From Promethearchaeum syntrophicum (GTDB taxonomy: Archaea; Asgardarchaeota; Lokiarchaeia; Sigyniarchaeales; Promethearchaeaceae): 32,000 bases of DNA. Below, in pieces: positions 15,609 to 24,079 of this stretch. The stretch spans positions 4,020,001 to 4,052,000 of the forward strand of contig NZ_CP042905.2 in the NCBI RefSeq assembly GCF_008000775.2. Direction: 5' to 3'. The notes below the pieces were generated by a model, which did no database searches, was not told the origin of the DNA, and was given only the letters and a program-made list of their open reading frames with translations. How positions within the stretch are numbered: position 1 is the stretch's first letter; every line of letters starts with the position of its first letter. The position numbers and the translations under genes were made by a program.

Positions 15609-16517
15609 TTACTCAGTAGGAATATTTTGAAGTTTATTTCGGATCTGTTTTGCGCGTGTTCTGAGAGTCACTTCGGTTATTCTGGCAATAGAAGCGATTT
15701 GAGTTTGGGTTCGTTTTTCTCCCTTGTTCTTTGATGCTAAATAGAGCACTGCGGCAGCGATTCCTTTGGGATCTTTGCCCATTTTTGCCAATCCTTTATG
15801 AGAAGCAGTTTTCAATAAGTCATAAGCATGTCTTTGAGTTTTGATTGACAGGTTTAATTCTGCACCAAATCGATATATCAAAGGGTTAGGGGATATAGGC
15901 TTATATTTCAATCCCATTTCTGGGAGTATGAGTCGGACAATTAATCCTAAAGACCGATGCACCGAACGGATTGAGATTATGGCTACATCTACTAATTCTT
16001 CTAATAATCGGGGAAAATTATGTATTCGAATAGCAGCATAAAGAGATGCAGTGACAAAGGACTCAATACTTCGCCCCATTGTGAGTTTCTTCTTAGCTAC
16101 TTGGGTATAAATCGACCAAGCACTCTCTTGAATGAAGCTAGGAATCTGCAGTTTCAAACATAAATTAGTTAGTTTAGGCTTACTTTCCCAAAAATTTCGT
16201 TCAATTGAATTGATTAACGATCCTTGAATCTTAGATAGCCTGTTAAAGAGTTGAGTTTTTTTGGAATCCAGATGATGGCCTTTGCTATCTACCTTGTTTA
16301 AACCGATTATTGTTCTCGGACCATAAGTTCTCCAACGAGGTTCCGTACGACGACGACTTCTAACTTCATCTGCAGTGTAAGCTCTTCTCTCACTTGACAC
16401 AAGTTCTTGTGAAATTACGACACCACAGTTACGACACACAATAAATCCGTCGTCTGTGGCGATAATATCTGGATCGCTGCAGCATTTTTCAGTATTTGGT
16501 AAAGATTTCATTAACAT
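15609..16517 (-). CDS. tfb: Transcription initiation factor B (TFIIB-like), paralogue 2
   Basis: Collinear with paralogue 1 and roughly 60% identical by eye. It has the same CC-x14-CRNCG ribbon, the SERRAYT..EV.SRRRTEP.WR linker, and the same cyclin repeats. Confidence 0.85.
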   Translation of the reverse strand: MLMKSLPNTEKCCSDPDIIATDDGFIVCRNCGVVISQELVSSERRAYTADEVRSRRRTEPRWRTYGPRTIIGLNKVDSKGHHLDSKKTQLFNRLSKIQGSLINSIERNFWESKPKLTNLCLKLQIPSFIQESAWSIYTQVAKKKLTMGRSIESFVTASLYAAIRIHNFPRLLEELVDVAIISIRSVHRSLGLIVRLILPEMGLKYKPISPNPLIYRFGAELNLSIKTQRHAYDLLKTASHKGLAKMGKDPKGIAAAVLYLASKNKGEKRTQTQIASIARITEVTLRTRAKQIRNKLQNIPTE

Positions 16518-16728
16518 GTTTTTAACCTATAGGTTCTTGTGAAATTCCATTTTATTCCGGATCAAAAAAAATCGACAATATAAATTTGATTACAAGTTCT
16601 ATTTAACTGATTGTAGTCCGCCCATATTACTCCACATATTTCCCCACAAAATTCCCACAATCTTTGAATTTTGGAAATTTTTAAGCTAAAAAGGAATATA
16701 TTGAAATCTGAAATATTCAGATAAATAA

Positions 16729-17325
16729 ATGAGCTTATTTAATTTTTTGGAAAACTTTATTTATTTTAATAAAATGCTTTCAATGATTCGTGCCTCATTT
16801 TCACTAATGGATGAAATACGGGAAATAATTAATAGTAATTATCATATGTATGAGAAAATTCTCCTTATTCAAGAAGATCATAATGAACATTTTGTAAATG
16901 AGCAATGGGCAGAACAGAATTTTCCTATTCGAGAATTTTATTTGGCCAGAGATAATGGGGAATATGTTGGAATGGCATCCTATCAAAATCTGGGGAATTT
17001 TGCATATATTGGTTATTTTTACATTAAATTTGGATTTCATCGAAAAGGGTATGGTAGGAGGATAATGCAATTTTTGGAAATGAAAGCTAAATCCGAACAG
17101 TTAAACGAAATTCGCCTTTTTGTAAATGATTCAGCGGATTGGGCAGAAAATGCATATAAATCAATGGGGTTTCAAGAAAAATCTTCAAATAAAACAGAAA
17201 TACTATTGATGAATCAAGGAATATTATCAAAATATTATGAAGAAGGGCAGACTCTCTTAGTAAAAACCCTGTCACCTTTAAAACCAGCAAATCTCATAAA
17301 TAATTCTTTTTCCATGGAGGAGTAA
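16729..17325 (+). CDS. GNAT family N-acetyltransferase
   Basis: The acetyl-CoA binding motif A is present: IGYFYIKFGFHRKGYGRRIMQFLEMKA (R-x-x-G-x-G). The start is uncertain, with alternative in-frame ATGs at 16774 and 16783. Confidence 0.75.
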   Translation: MSLFNFLENFIYFNKMLSMIRASFSLMDEIREIINSNYHMYEKILLIQEDHNEHFVNEQWAEQNFPIREFYLARDNGEYVGMASYQNLGNFAYIGYFYIKFGFHRKGYGRRIMQFLEMKAKSEQLNEIRLFVNDSADWAENAYKSMGFQEKSSNKTEILLMNQGILSKYYEEGQTLLVKTLSPLKPANLINNSFSMEE

Positions 17326-17328
17326 TTC

Positions 17329-18306
17329 ATGTTTATGACAATTCTTTTCGAATGGACTAATATTGACTGGATAAAGTGGATGCCAGTTGAAATCGCAGTT
17401 TTACTATTTCTAATCATATTAATTCGAATTATTCGTAGGTTGACACGTTGGGGTCCTGTGAAAATCAGTCATGTGAAGGAAGGAGTGTGGGATTATGATG
17501 GAAAAAAATATCACACTTATTATAAATCAAATCCCCTTGAAAACATTGAAAAACTGAATGAAAAATCGCATAATGAAAATAAAATCCTACTAATCCCGAC
17601 TTTAATGGATAAAATCATCAAAGGGAATCATTTAGCGACTGCAATTACGATGTTGGGGCATGAAATAATATTATTAGATCATAAACACATGCATGATCTA
17701 TGCAAAGATCAAATGAATTCAGAGAATAATAGCAGAGATTTTGAAAAATTTCTTTTAGAAGGTGGATTTTCAACAGTCATACTATTTGATTGGTCAATTT
17801 TTCCGATCTTTAAATCCTTGGGCTTTTATGATAATCATTCAATTAATCAAGATCTTCTAAATATATCTTGGATCTTAATTCGTCCTACCTTGAAATGGAG
17901 TGATATCAAATCGATTTGGAAAATGATCCCTTTTACAGGTATTTGGTTTTCCAAATTGCGTTTCTTGATATTTCAGAAAAAGTTCTATAAAAAAATTAAG
18001 CCAGCGTTCAAAAATGGTTCCAATAATTCAAGAAAAAGAGATAATTCTATTATTTTAGATAATTCACAGAGAAATTTCCTTTTTATTCAACCAAGCAATT
18101 CATGGTTATCGAAAGAGGGGGAGAAAAACCTAGAGGACTATCAAAAAAAATATTTCAAAGTATTGAAAGAAGATATTTTCCAATTTTCCCACGGGAATTG
18201 GAGCTTTTTCAGAAATGAAACAATGGTTTTAGGTATTATTATACAAGAAATTTTAAAGAAAGATCGAAAAAAAAAAGTTAAAAACCTAAACAGAACAAAC
18301 TATTAA
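17329..18306 (+). CDS. Hypothetical membrane-anchored protein (325 aa, Lys-rich tail)
   Basis: ATG lies 7 nt after GGAGGA (17316-17321) and 3 nt after the GNAT stop. The N-terminal TM is MPVEIAVLLFLIILIRII. No catalytic motif was recognised. A vague alpha/beta-fold feel (ILLIPTL..., ILFDWSIF) lacks a GxSxG elbow. Confidence 0.55.
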   Translation: MFMTILFEWTNIDWIKWMPVEIAVLLFLIILIRIIRRLTRWGPVKISHVKEGVWDYDGKKYHTYYKSNPLENIEKLNEKSHNENKILLIPTLMDKIIKGNHLATAITMLGHEIILLDHKHMHDLCKDQMNSENNSRDFEKFLLEGGFSTVILFDWSIFPIFKSLGFYDNHSINQDLLNISWILIRPTLKWSDIKSIWKMIPFTGIWFSKLRFLIFQKKFYKKIKPAFKNGSNNSRKRDNSIILDNSQRNFLFIQPSNSWLSKEGEKNLEDYQKKYFKVLKEDIFQFSHGNWSFFRNETMVLGIIIQEILKKDRKKKVKNLNRTNY

Positions 18307-18316
18307 TGAAAAGATT

Positions 18317-19024
18317 ATGGGTCGAGTAAAAATAAATCGTACTGGTGAGGGTGTCGAAAAATATTCTCCAGAACACTGGGAACATTTAGATAATTTAAGA
18401 AAACATGCTTTAAAGGTTACTTCGGTGTTTTCCCATCATGGAATTGATTCACTTACCTATGGTTCTGTAGCTCGCGGGGATGTTAATCCAAAAAGTGATA
18501 TTGATATTATATTGTTGACTCAAATTCCAAGTTATCGAGTAGAACTAATTCTAGATGAAACGAATCTCTCCCTTAATCATAAAAAAATAATTCAAGCGAC
18601 CCCAAATGATATTATCAAAGCTCATTTTGAGTTAGAAGGAGATATCTGCATTACCTCATTATTAACTGATTTTACTTCTTCACCTTTTGAATTTTATCGA
18701 TTTGGAGGCGCTTTGAACCACAAGGAATTACATGAAAATAAAAGGGTTCCGGGAGTTGACAAACGCTTGATCCTTATTGAACCAACTGAAGAGGGTCATA
18801 ATGAAAGCCCCTTAATAGAACGTCAGTATGAAGCATCTAAAATTTTAGGAATATCCCAATCAATGATTGATCAACGAATTCGGGTTTTAACAAGAAGGGA
18901 TAAAATTGGGAGAACAGGAATATTTCTAAATAAAGATATCGGGCTTAATGAGAATATTGAAGAAGAATTACGCAGTATTGCACGACATAATCCACTAATC
19001 AGAAGAAGATTAAACAGAAAATAA
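18317..19024 (+). CDS. Pol-beta superfamily nucleotidyltransferase with a C-terminal HTH-like extension
   Basis: YGSVARGDVNPKSDIDIIL is the G-S-x10-D-x-D minimal nucleotidyltransferase signature. The C-terminal segment ILGISQSMIDQRIRVLTRRDKIGRTG looks HTH-like. Confidence 0.7.
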   Translation: MGRVKINRTGEGVEKYSPEHWEHLDNLRKHALKVTSVFSHHGIDSLTYGSVARGDVNPKSDIDIILLTQIPSYRVELILDETNLSLNHKKIIQATPNDIIKAHFELEGDICITSLLTDFTSSPFEFYRFGGALNHKELHENKRVPGVDKRLILIEPTEEGHNESPLIERQYEASKILGISQSMIDQRIRVLTRRDKIGRTGIFLNKDIGLNENIEEELRSIARHNPLIRRRLNRK

Positions 19025-19143
19025 AAAAATGATATAAAAATCGAGGGATAAAAATACAGCAAAATAACCAAAATAAGCTAAAAAAGAAAAAAAAGCATAA
19101 AAAACAAAATCAAAAATCAATACTAGCAGCTGAGAGTTGGGTC

Positions 19144-20280
19144 GTGGGATCTTTACCTTTAGGATGCAGTTTATGCATGAAAGGAATGAAGTTAGTTTAT
19201 TTCATGGGAGGTGATTGCGCTCTTCCCTCACATTGTAAGTGGTATTGCCCGATTTCAGTTGAAAGAAGAAGTCCTGAGGCTCATTTTGCAGATGAAATTC
19301 CAATTAAAGATTTTGATTCAATTGAAAAGACAGTTGAAAAACTTGTATATGAAGCTAAAAACATTGATGCGAAAGGAATGAGTTTTACGGGGGGAGATCC
19401 TTTATCATCACCTGCAAAACGGGATCGCGTAGTCGCAATAATTCAAGCCATGAAGATCGAGATGGGTGATGATTTCCATATTCATTTATACACATCAGGT
19501 ACGAATTTTGATGTAGTTACCGCAGAAAAATTAGAAGCCGCAGGTTTGGACGATCTCAGATTTCATCCCAGTGAAAAAGATTTCTTTCGGATAGAATTTG
19601 CGATTGGTCGGAAATACACAGTTGCCGGAGAAGTTCCAGTTATCCCAACAGAAGAGAATTTTATGTATCTTTTAAAGCTGGCAGACCATCTTGATATGAT
19701 TGGAGCGGATTTTTTAAACTTAAATGAATTTGAAATGTGTGCTCCTAATCAAAAGGAATTGATTAAAAGAAATTTTCATTTAGAAAAGAATTCAATTGCA
19801 GCCGTTGATGGTTCAAAAAGATATGCGTTAAGATTTTTGGACGAGTTTCATCCCCGAGGGGGATTAATAATTCATTTTTGCCCAGCTGCTGTCAAAGATG
19901 GTGTTCAGATGAGGGAAAGATATATACGGCGCGCCAATCACATCCGAAAAGAATATGAAGAAGTATCAGAGGATGGTTGTTTACTATTCTTACAGATTCA
20001 AGGGGCTGTTCAAGAGGTTAATAGTTTGTACAAAATGCTATTGAAGGATTCAAAAATGCCAAAAAATCTGCTAGAGATGAATCCATCAAAAGGAACATTG
20101 AATGTTCCTTCATTTTTATCGACTAATGAAAATTTTTTGGAATTATTGAATAATTTTCTTGTTAAAGCGGGAATTTATGAAATTCTGCCTTTTCGAGAAC
20201 CAGAATGTGCACAAATCAGAGAATATACTCCAATTATGAGCAATATTAAATCGAAATTAAAAAAAAAGAGATTTAAATAA
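19144..20280 (+). CDS. Radical-SAM-like Fe-S protein (PflA-related archaeal family) with an atypical Cys triad
   Basis: GGDCALPSHCKWYCP gives C-x5-C-x3-C in place of canonical C-x3-C-x2-C. A FTGGDPL (GGE-like SAM motif) follows, and an extra N-terminal CSLC pair is present. The start is GTG. Confidence 0.6.
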   Translation: MGSLPLGCSLCMKGMKLVYFMGGDCALPSHCKWYCPISVERRSPEAHFADEIPIKDFDSIEKTVEKLVYEAKNIDAKGMSFTGGDPLSSPAKRDRVVAIIQAMKIEMGDDFHIHLYTSGTNFDVVTAEKLEAAGLDDLRFHPSEKDFFRIEFAIGRKYTVAGEVPVIPTEENFMYLLKLADHLDMIGADFLNLNEFEMCAPNQKELIKRNFHLEKNSIAAVDGSKRYALRFLDEFHPRGGLIIHFCPAAVKDGVQMRERYIRRANHIRKEYEEVSEDGCLLFLQIQGAVQEVNSLYKMLLKDSKMPKNLLEMNPSKGTLNVPSFLSTNENFLELLNNFLVKAGIYEILPFREPECAQIREYTPIMSNIKSKLKKKRFK

Positions 20281-20923
20281 CTTCTAATAATACTAGGGTG
20301 ATTAAAATAGAACCAATTGTGATAATCGATATAAGGAGGAAGAGCAACACAATTTTTAATGATTTTTGATCTCTATTAGGCCAGTGAGGTTCGAGTGGTT
20401 CTGCAAAATTCTCAGCAGGAAACCCACCTTGATCTTGTAATAAGGTATTAAGTTGCCTACCCCATGACTCGATGTTGTCTTGATCGAGTTTTGATGAAAA
20501 AACTTTCATTTTTTCAGATTGAAATGTTAATACCAAAAACTTAGCTATCTCATGTGAATATCTGCCTTTAGGTACGTTTTTAAATATTAAATCAAACTTG
20601 TTGATAGTTTCGAAAGGATAACTTCTTTTCACAACGCGAAGCCCTCTCCAATACTCATTAAACACTAAAGATCTTGTTGAAACATCCGCAGTAAATCGTT
20701 TGACGACATCCCGTCGAAGAAAAACTAATACTAAAACTAACACCTCGAAAATTGCAACAATAGTTATAATCAATACGAATCCTTCGAATTCTTTAAAGTT
20801 AGGATCTGTAATAAAACCCATGATAAGACACAACGGCATTATGGGAAGAATAATCAGACCTGCCCACCATAAAGTCTTAACGGATAATTCTACTGATTGT
20901 TCAGAACGAGAATTTTCTAGCAT
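20273..20923 (-). CDS. Membrane protein with 2 TM, a PH-like (bPH/DUF304-like) cytoplasmic domain and a C-terminal TM; tandem paralogue A
   Basis: The start is moved to ATG 20921-20923 (MLENSRSEQSV...) by alignment with paralogue B (MSENFESEQSV...). The ORF-track start at 21013 adds 30 unmatched residues and would bury the conserved promoter block. Confidence 0.65.
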   Translation of the reverse strand: MLENSRSEQSVELSVKTLWWAGLIILPIMPLCLIMGFITDPNFKEFEGFVLIITIVAIFEVLVLVLVFLRRDVVKRFTADVSTRSLVFNEYWRGLRVVKRSYPFETINKFDLIFKNVPKGRYSHEIAKFLVLTFQSEKMKVFSSKLDQDNIESWGRQLNTLLQDQGGFPAENFAEPLEPHWPNRDQKSLKIVLLFLLISIITIGSILITLVLLEVI

Positions 20924-20946
20924 ATGTATGAGTGAGAAAATTCTTA

Positions 20947-20966
20947 CAAATAAATTTGTGGTACAC
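20947..20966 (-). promoter_or_regulatory. Conserved BRE/TATA-like block (minus strand GTGTnCCACAAATTTATTTG), copy A
   Basis: 19/20 identical to 21742-21761. It ends 23 nt upstream of the revised ATG. Confidence 0.45.
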
Positions 20967-21051
20967 AGATGTGTTTTGCAGATCGAAAAAAGTGGGAAGG
21001 GAAAGATATCCATAAATTATAGTCATATGAAATAAATTTAAATTCGAAAGA

Positions 21052-21717
21052 CTAGAATGAAGAACTATTTGGACCTATCACGAAGATCATGAAAAGTATA
21101 ATGAGGAAAACAACTCCCAATCCGGAAATGATAAATATATATAAGATTTTTAGGTGTTTTTTATTATCTTCAATTTGGTGAGCAATGAGTGGTTCTATGA
21201 AACGTTCAGAAGGGAAGCCACCTTGATCTTGTAATAAAGTATTTAATCCGATGGCTAAATTCTTAACATTGGCCTGTATGGAGATTCCCATGAAAATTTT
21301 TTTCTTTCCCGATTGAAAAACTAATGCCAAGACATCAATCTGTTGTTGGGAATACCTACCACTGGGAACCATTCTGGTGAAAATATCAAACTTATTTATG
21401 ATTTCAAATGGATAAATTCTTTTAAATACGCGTAGACCACTCCAAAATACTTCAAATACTAATGATCGCATAGAAGAATCTACAGAGAATCGTTTGGTGG
21501 TTTTCCGGCTTAATAAAGCAATCATTAAAGACCCTACTGAGAAAAACGCTACACTAATAATGATAATCTCATTCCCTTTGAACGAATTGAAGGTAGGATC
21601 TGTTAAAGTTCCCCCGACAAGGCAGAGCGGCATTAACAGAGCAGATACTAGTCCAATCCACCATACCGTCTGGGTAGAGATGTTTACTGATTGTTCAGAT
21701 TCAAAATTTTCTGACAT
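21052..21717 (-). CDS. Membrane protein with 2 TM, a PH-like domain and a C-terminal TM; tandem paralogue B
   Basis: 221 aa, collinear with paralogue A and roughly 40-50% identical by eye. Shared blocks include SEQSV, MPLCL, TDP.F, KRF..D.S.RSLVF, YPFE.INKFD, GRYS and NTLLQDQGGFP. Confidence 0.7.
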   Translation of the reverse strand: MSENFESEQSVNISTQTVWWIGLVSALLMPLCLVGGTLTDPTFNSFKGNEIIIISVAFFSVGSLMIALLSRKTTKRFSVDSSMRSLVFEVFWSGLRVFKRIYPFEIINKFDIFTRMVPSGRYSQQQIDVLALVFQSGKKKIFMGISIQANVKNLAIGLNTLLQDQGGFPSERFIEPLIAHQIEDNKKHLKILYIFIISGLGVVFLIILFMIFVIGPNSSSF

Positions 21718-21741
21718 ATTGATCTTGTTTTAAATTTCGAT

Positions 21742-21761
21742 CAAATAAATTTGTGGGACAC
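21742..21761 (-). promoter_or_regulatory. Conserved BRE/TATA-like block, copy B
   Basis: Same 20-mer as 20947-20966. It ends 24 nt upstream of ATG 21715-21717. Confidence 0.45.
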
Positions 21762-21848
21762 TCTGTAATTTTGTGGTATAATCTGTGTTGATTTTATAAT
21801 TCCTAATTAATAATTCACCTTTTTTTAAATTACTTCTAATAAAGAAAT

Positions 21849-23036
21849 ATGAAGAACCACCGATTAATTACTTCATTTAAAAACTCTGAAGCGTTTATTG
21901 CTGAGGCTACTCAATTTTTGGAAAAATTTGCTAAAGATAAAAAAGTTTTTTGCGCGCTATCAGGGGGTGTAGACAGTGCTGCCGTTTATCTTTTATTAAA
22001 ACATGCACAAATCAATGTCTTACCTGTTTTTATTGATCATGGATTGATGCGCATTATTAATGGTATGGAGGAACGTGAATATATTAAAAAATATTTTCCA
22101 GATGCCAGGATAGTTGATATTCGCGCTGATTTTCTTCCTAAAATATTCCTTGAAGAAGATGCGGAGAATAAAAGAAAGTTATTTAAAACCGGTTATTCTG
22201 ATATTATTAGCCGAACGATTAGAGATGAAAAATGTGATTTATTGGCAGATGGTACAATTTTACCTGATATTGAAGAAAGCTTTGGCGTGAAAATATCTGA
22301 CTTGAAGGAAACATTATCGATTCAAGAAGAAATTGATCTAAAATCAAAGAATAACAAAGGGTTTGTAAAAAGTCAACATAATTTAGATATTGAATATGAG
22401 GTTGAAGCGACAATTCAACCAGTTGCCAGTCTAACTAAACCAGAAATCAGAGAAATTCTCAAATATTTTAAGATGCCCGAAGAAATTGTATATCGGAAAG
22501 CTTTTCCAGGGCCAGCTCTGGCTGCAAGAATAATCGGTCCAATAACTGCTGAAAATTTATCTTTTGAGAAAAAAGTGCATGATATCGTTGAAAGTAAAAT
22601 CAATGAATATTATATTAAGAATCATGGAAAATCAATGATAATTAATGATAAAGGGGAACAAGAACCGTTCCAAATGTTTGCTGCTATTTCTGAAGATGTC
22701 TTGAATAAAAAGGTGACCGGATTAGTTAATGGTCAGAGGACATATGACTTTCCTTTGGTAGTGTATGGAAAATGGAATTATAAATCCCTAACTGAGATGG
22801 CTTCGAAGATTACGGGATATACCAGAATGTTCTATGAAATTGTAGATTGCAAAAAGGGAGTATATGATGTTGTAATTCGATCTGTCAACAGCATTGATGC
22901 TAGAACTGCGAGTGTTACTGATCTACCATATGATCTAATTAGTTCAATTGCAGAACATTTATCAGAAATTCCCGAAACTAAAAGAATTTATTTTGACATG
23001 ACTCCGAAACCACCAGGAACTATTGAATATGTTTAA
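21849..23036 (+). CDS. guaA: GMP synthase subunit-B-like PP-loop ATP pyrophosphatase (divergent, with insertions)
   Basis: The PP-loop is ALSGGVDSAA. Collinear GuaA blocks are VFIDHGLMR, ENKRK, DGTILPDIEES, VKSQHN, YRKAFPGPALAARIIGPIT, SVNSIDARTAS and the C-terminal KPPGTIEYV. At 395 aa it is longer than the roughly 310 aa I recall for archaeal subunit B. Confidence 0.7.
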   Translation: MKNHRLITSFKNSEAFIAEATQFLEKFAKDKKVFCALSGGVDSAAVYLLLKHAQINVLPVFIDHGLMRIINGMEEREYIKKYFPDARIVDIRADFLPKIFLEEDAENKRKLFKTGYSDIISRTIRDEKCDLLADGTILPDIEESFGVKISDLKETLSIQEEIDLKSKNNKGFVKSQHNLDIEYEVEATIQPVASLTKPEIREILKYFKMPEEIVYRKAFPGPALAARIIGPITAENLSFEKKVHDIVESKINEYYIKNHGKSMIINDKGEQEPFQMFAAISEDVLNKKVTGLVNGQRTYDFPLVVYGKWNYKSLTEMASKITGYTRMFYEIVDCKKGVYDVVIRSVNSIDARTASVTDLPYDLISSIAEHLSEIPETKRIYFDMTPKPPGTIEYV

Positions 23037-24079
23037 TGAATTGTTGGAATTGCAGTTAAGAGATTGCCTTTCAAGGAACTTTTAATAAATTTTACTCTGA
23101 TCTTTTTTTTTAATGGAATTTTTTCTTTACTCAATACTTTGACTGCCCATTTATCTTCAAATAATGCAATATATTCATTTCTCCATCTTCCTTTCATTAA
23201 AATTTCAACATTTCTAATGTCATCTATTCGAACGGAAGGATAAATAGCCGTTGTTTTGTGAATACCAAAATCATTGGGACCTAGTCTTAGTTTAATTTTG
23301 TACTCTTTTTCCATATTCTGTAACAATTTATAAAAATACTTGAAATCTCTCATCCTAGCTTTTTTGATTTTCCTTCCTGTTCGATATGTAAGGTAGTTTT
23401 GAATACCCAATCTCAACTTAGGCCATTTATACCCTTTTTCTTCTACTTTTTTAATATATTTGATAATATCTAAGATTCCATTATCATTTATTCCTTTAAA
23501 CCACACAGGGGCGATTAACAATTCCATTTTGCTCTTTAAAACTAAATCAAAAACGTGTAAAAGATGTTCCAAATTGTAATTTTTTACTCCGCAGTAATCT
23601 GCACATTCATTTTCATCCATGCTGTTAAGTGATATGTTTAAACGATCTAAACCGGCGTTTTCCAATTCTCTGATTTTTTTCTTGGTAAGTAACACCCCAT
23701 TTGATTGCATAGAAATGGTTTTTATCTCGGGAATATTGCGGAGATCAGAAATCAGCTCATTTAATTCCTTATATAATAGAACTTCTCCATAAGCTGCTAA
23801 ATGAATTTCAATATCATCACAATTTTTTAATTCAATGGCTTTTATTATCCACTCAACTAGGTAATCTCTATCAATTGAAAAATTTCTATCATAATCTCCT
23901 GCACTAACAAAACAATATTTGCAATGAAAATTACATATTGTGATAGGTTTTACTTCTAATACATTTGTGGCCCGATCCAGAACTCCCAGAAAATCTAACC
24001 CGAATAAGGGAACATTGGATTTATAATCAATTATTATAAGATTTGAATTGGATTTTGGATTTTCTTCTGGATCGCTCAT
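23033..24079 (-). CDS. Radical SAM protein (MoaA/NifB/PqqE-like archaeal family)
   Basis: The canonical motif CNFHCKYC (C-x3-C-x2-C) is present at about residue 50, with a GGE-like YGEVLL. Its ATG shares one base with the Pelota stop (TAATG). Confidence 0.8.
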   Translation of the reverse strand: MSDPEENPKSNSNLIIIDYKSNVPLFGLDFLGVLDRATNVLEVKPITICNFHCKYCFVSAGDYDRNFSIDRDYLVEWIIKAIELKNCDDIEIHLAAYGEVLLYKELNELISDLRNIPEIKTISMQSNGVLLTKKKIRELENAGLDRLNISLNSMDENECADYCGVKNYNLEHLLHVFDLVLKSKMELLIAPVWFKGINDNGILDIIKYIKKVEEKGYKWPKLRLGIQNYLTYRTGRKIKKARMRDFKYFYKLLQNMEKEYKIKLRLGPNDFGIHKTTAIYPSVRIDDIRNVEILMKGRWRNEYIALFEDKWAVKVLSKEKIPLKKKIRVKFIKSSLKGNLLTAIPTIH

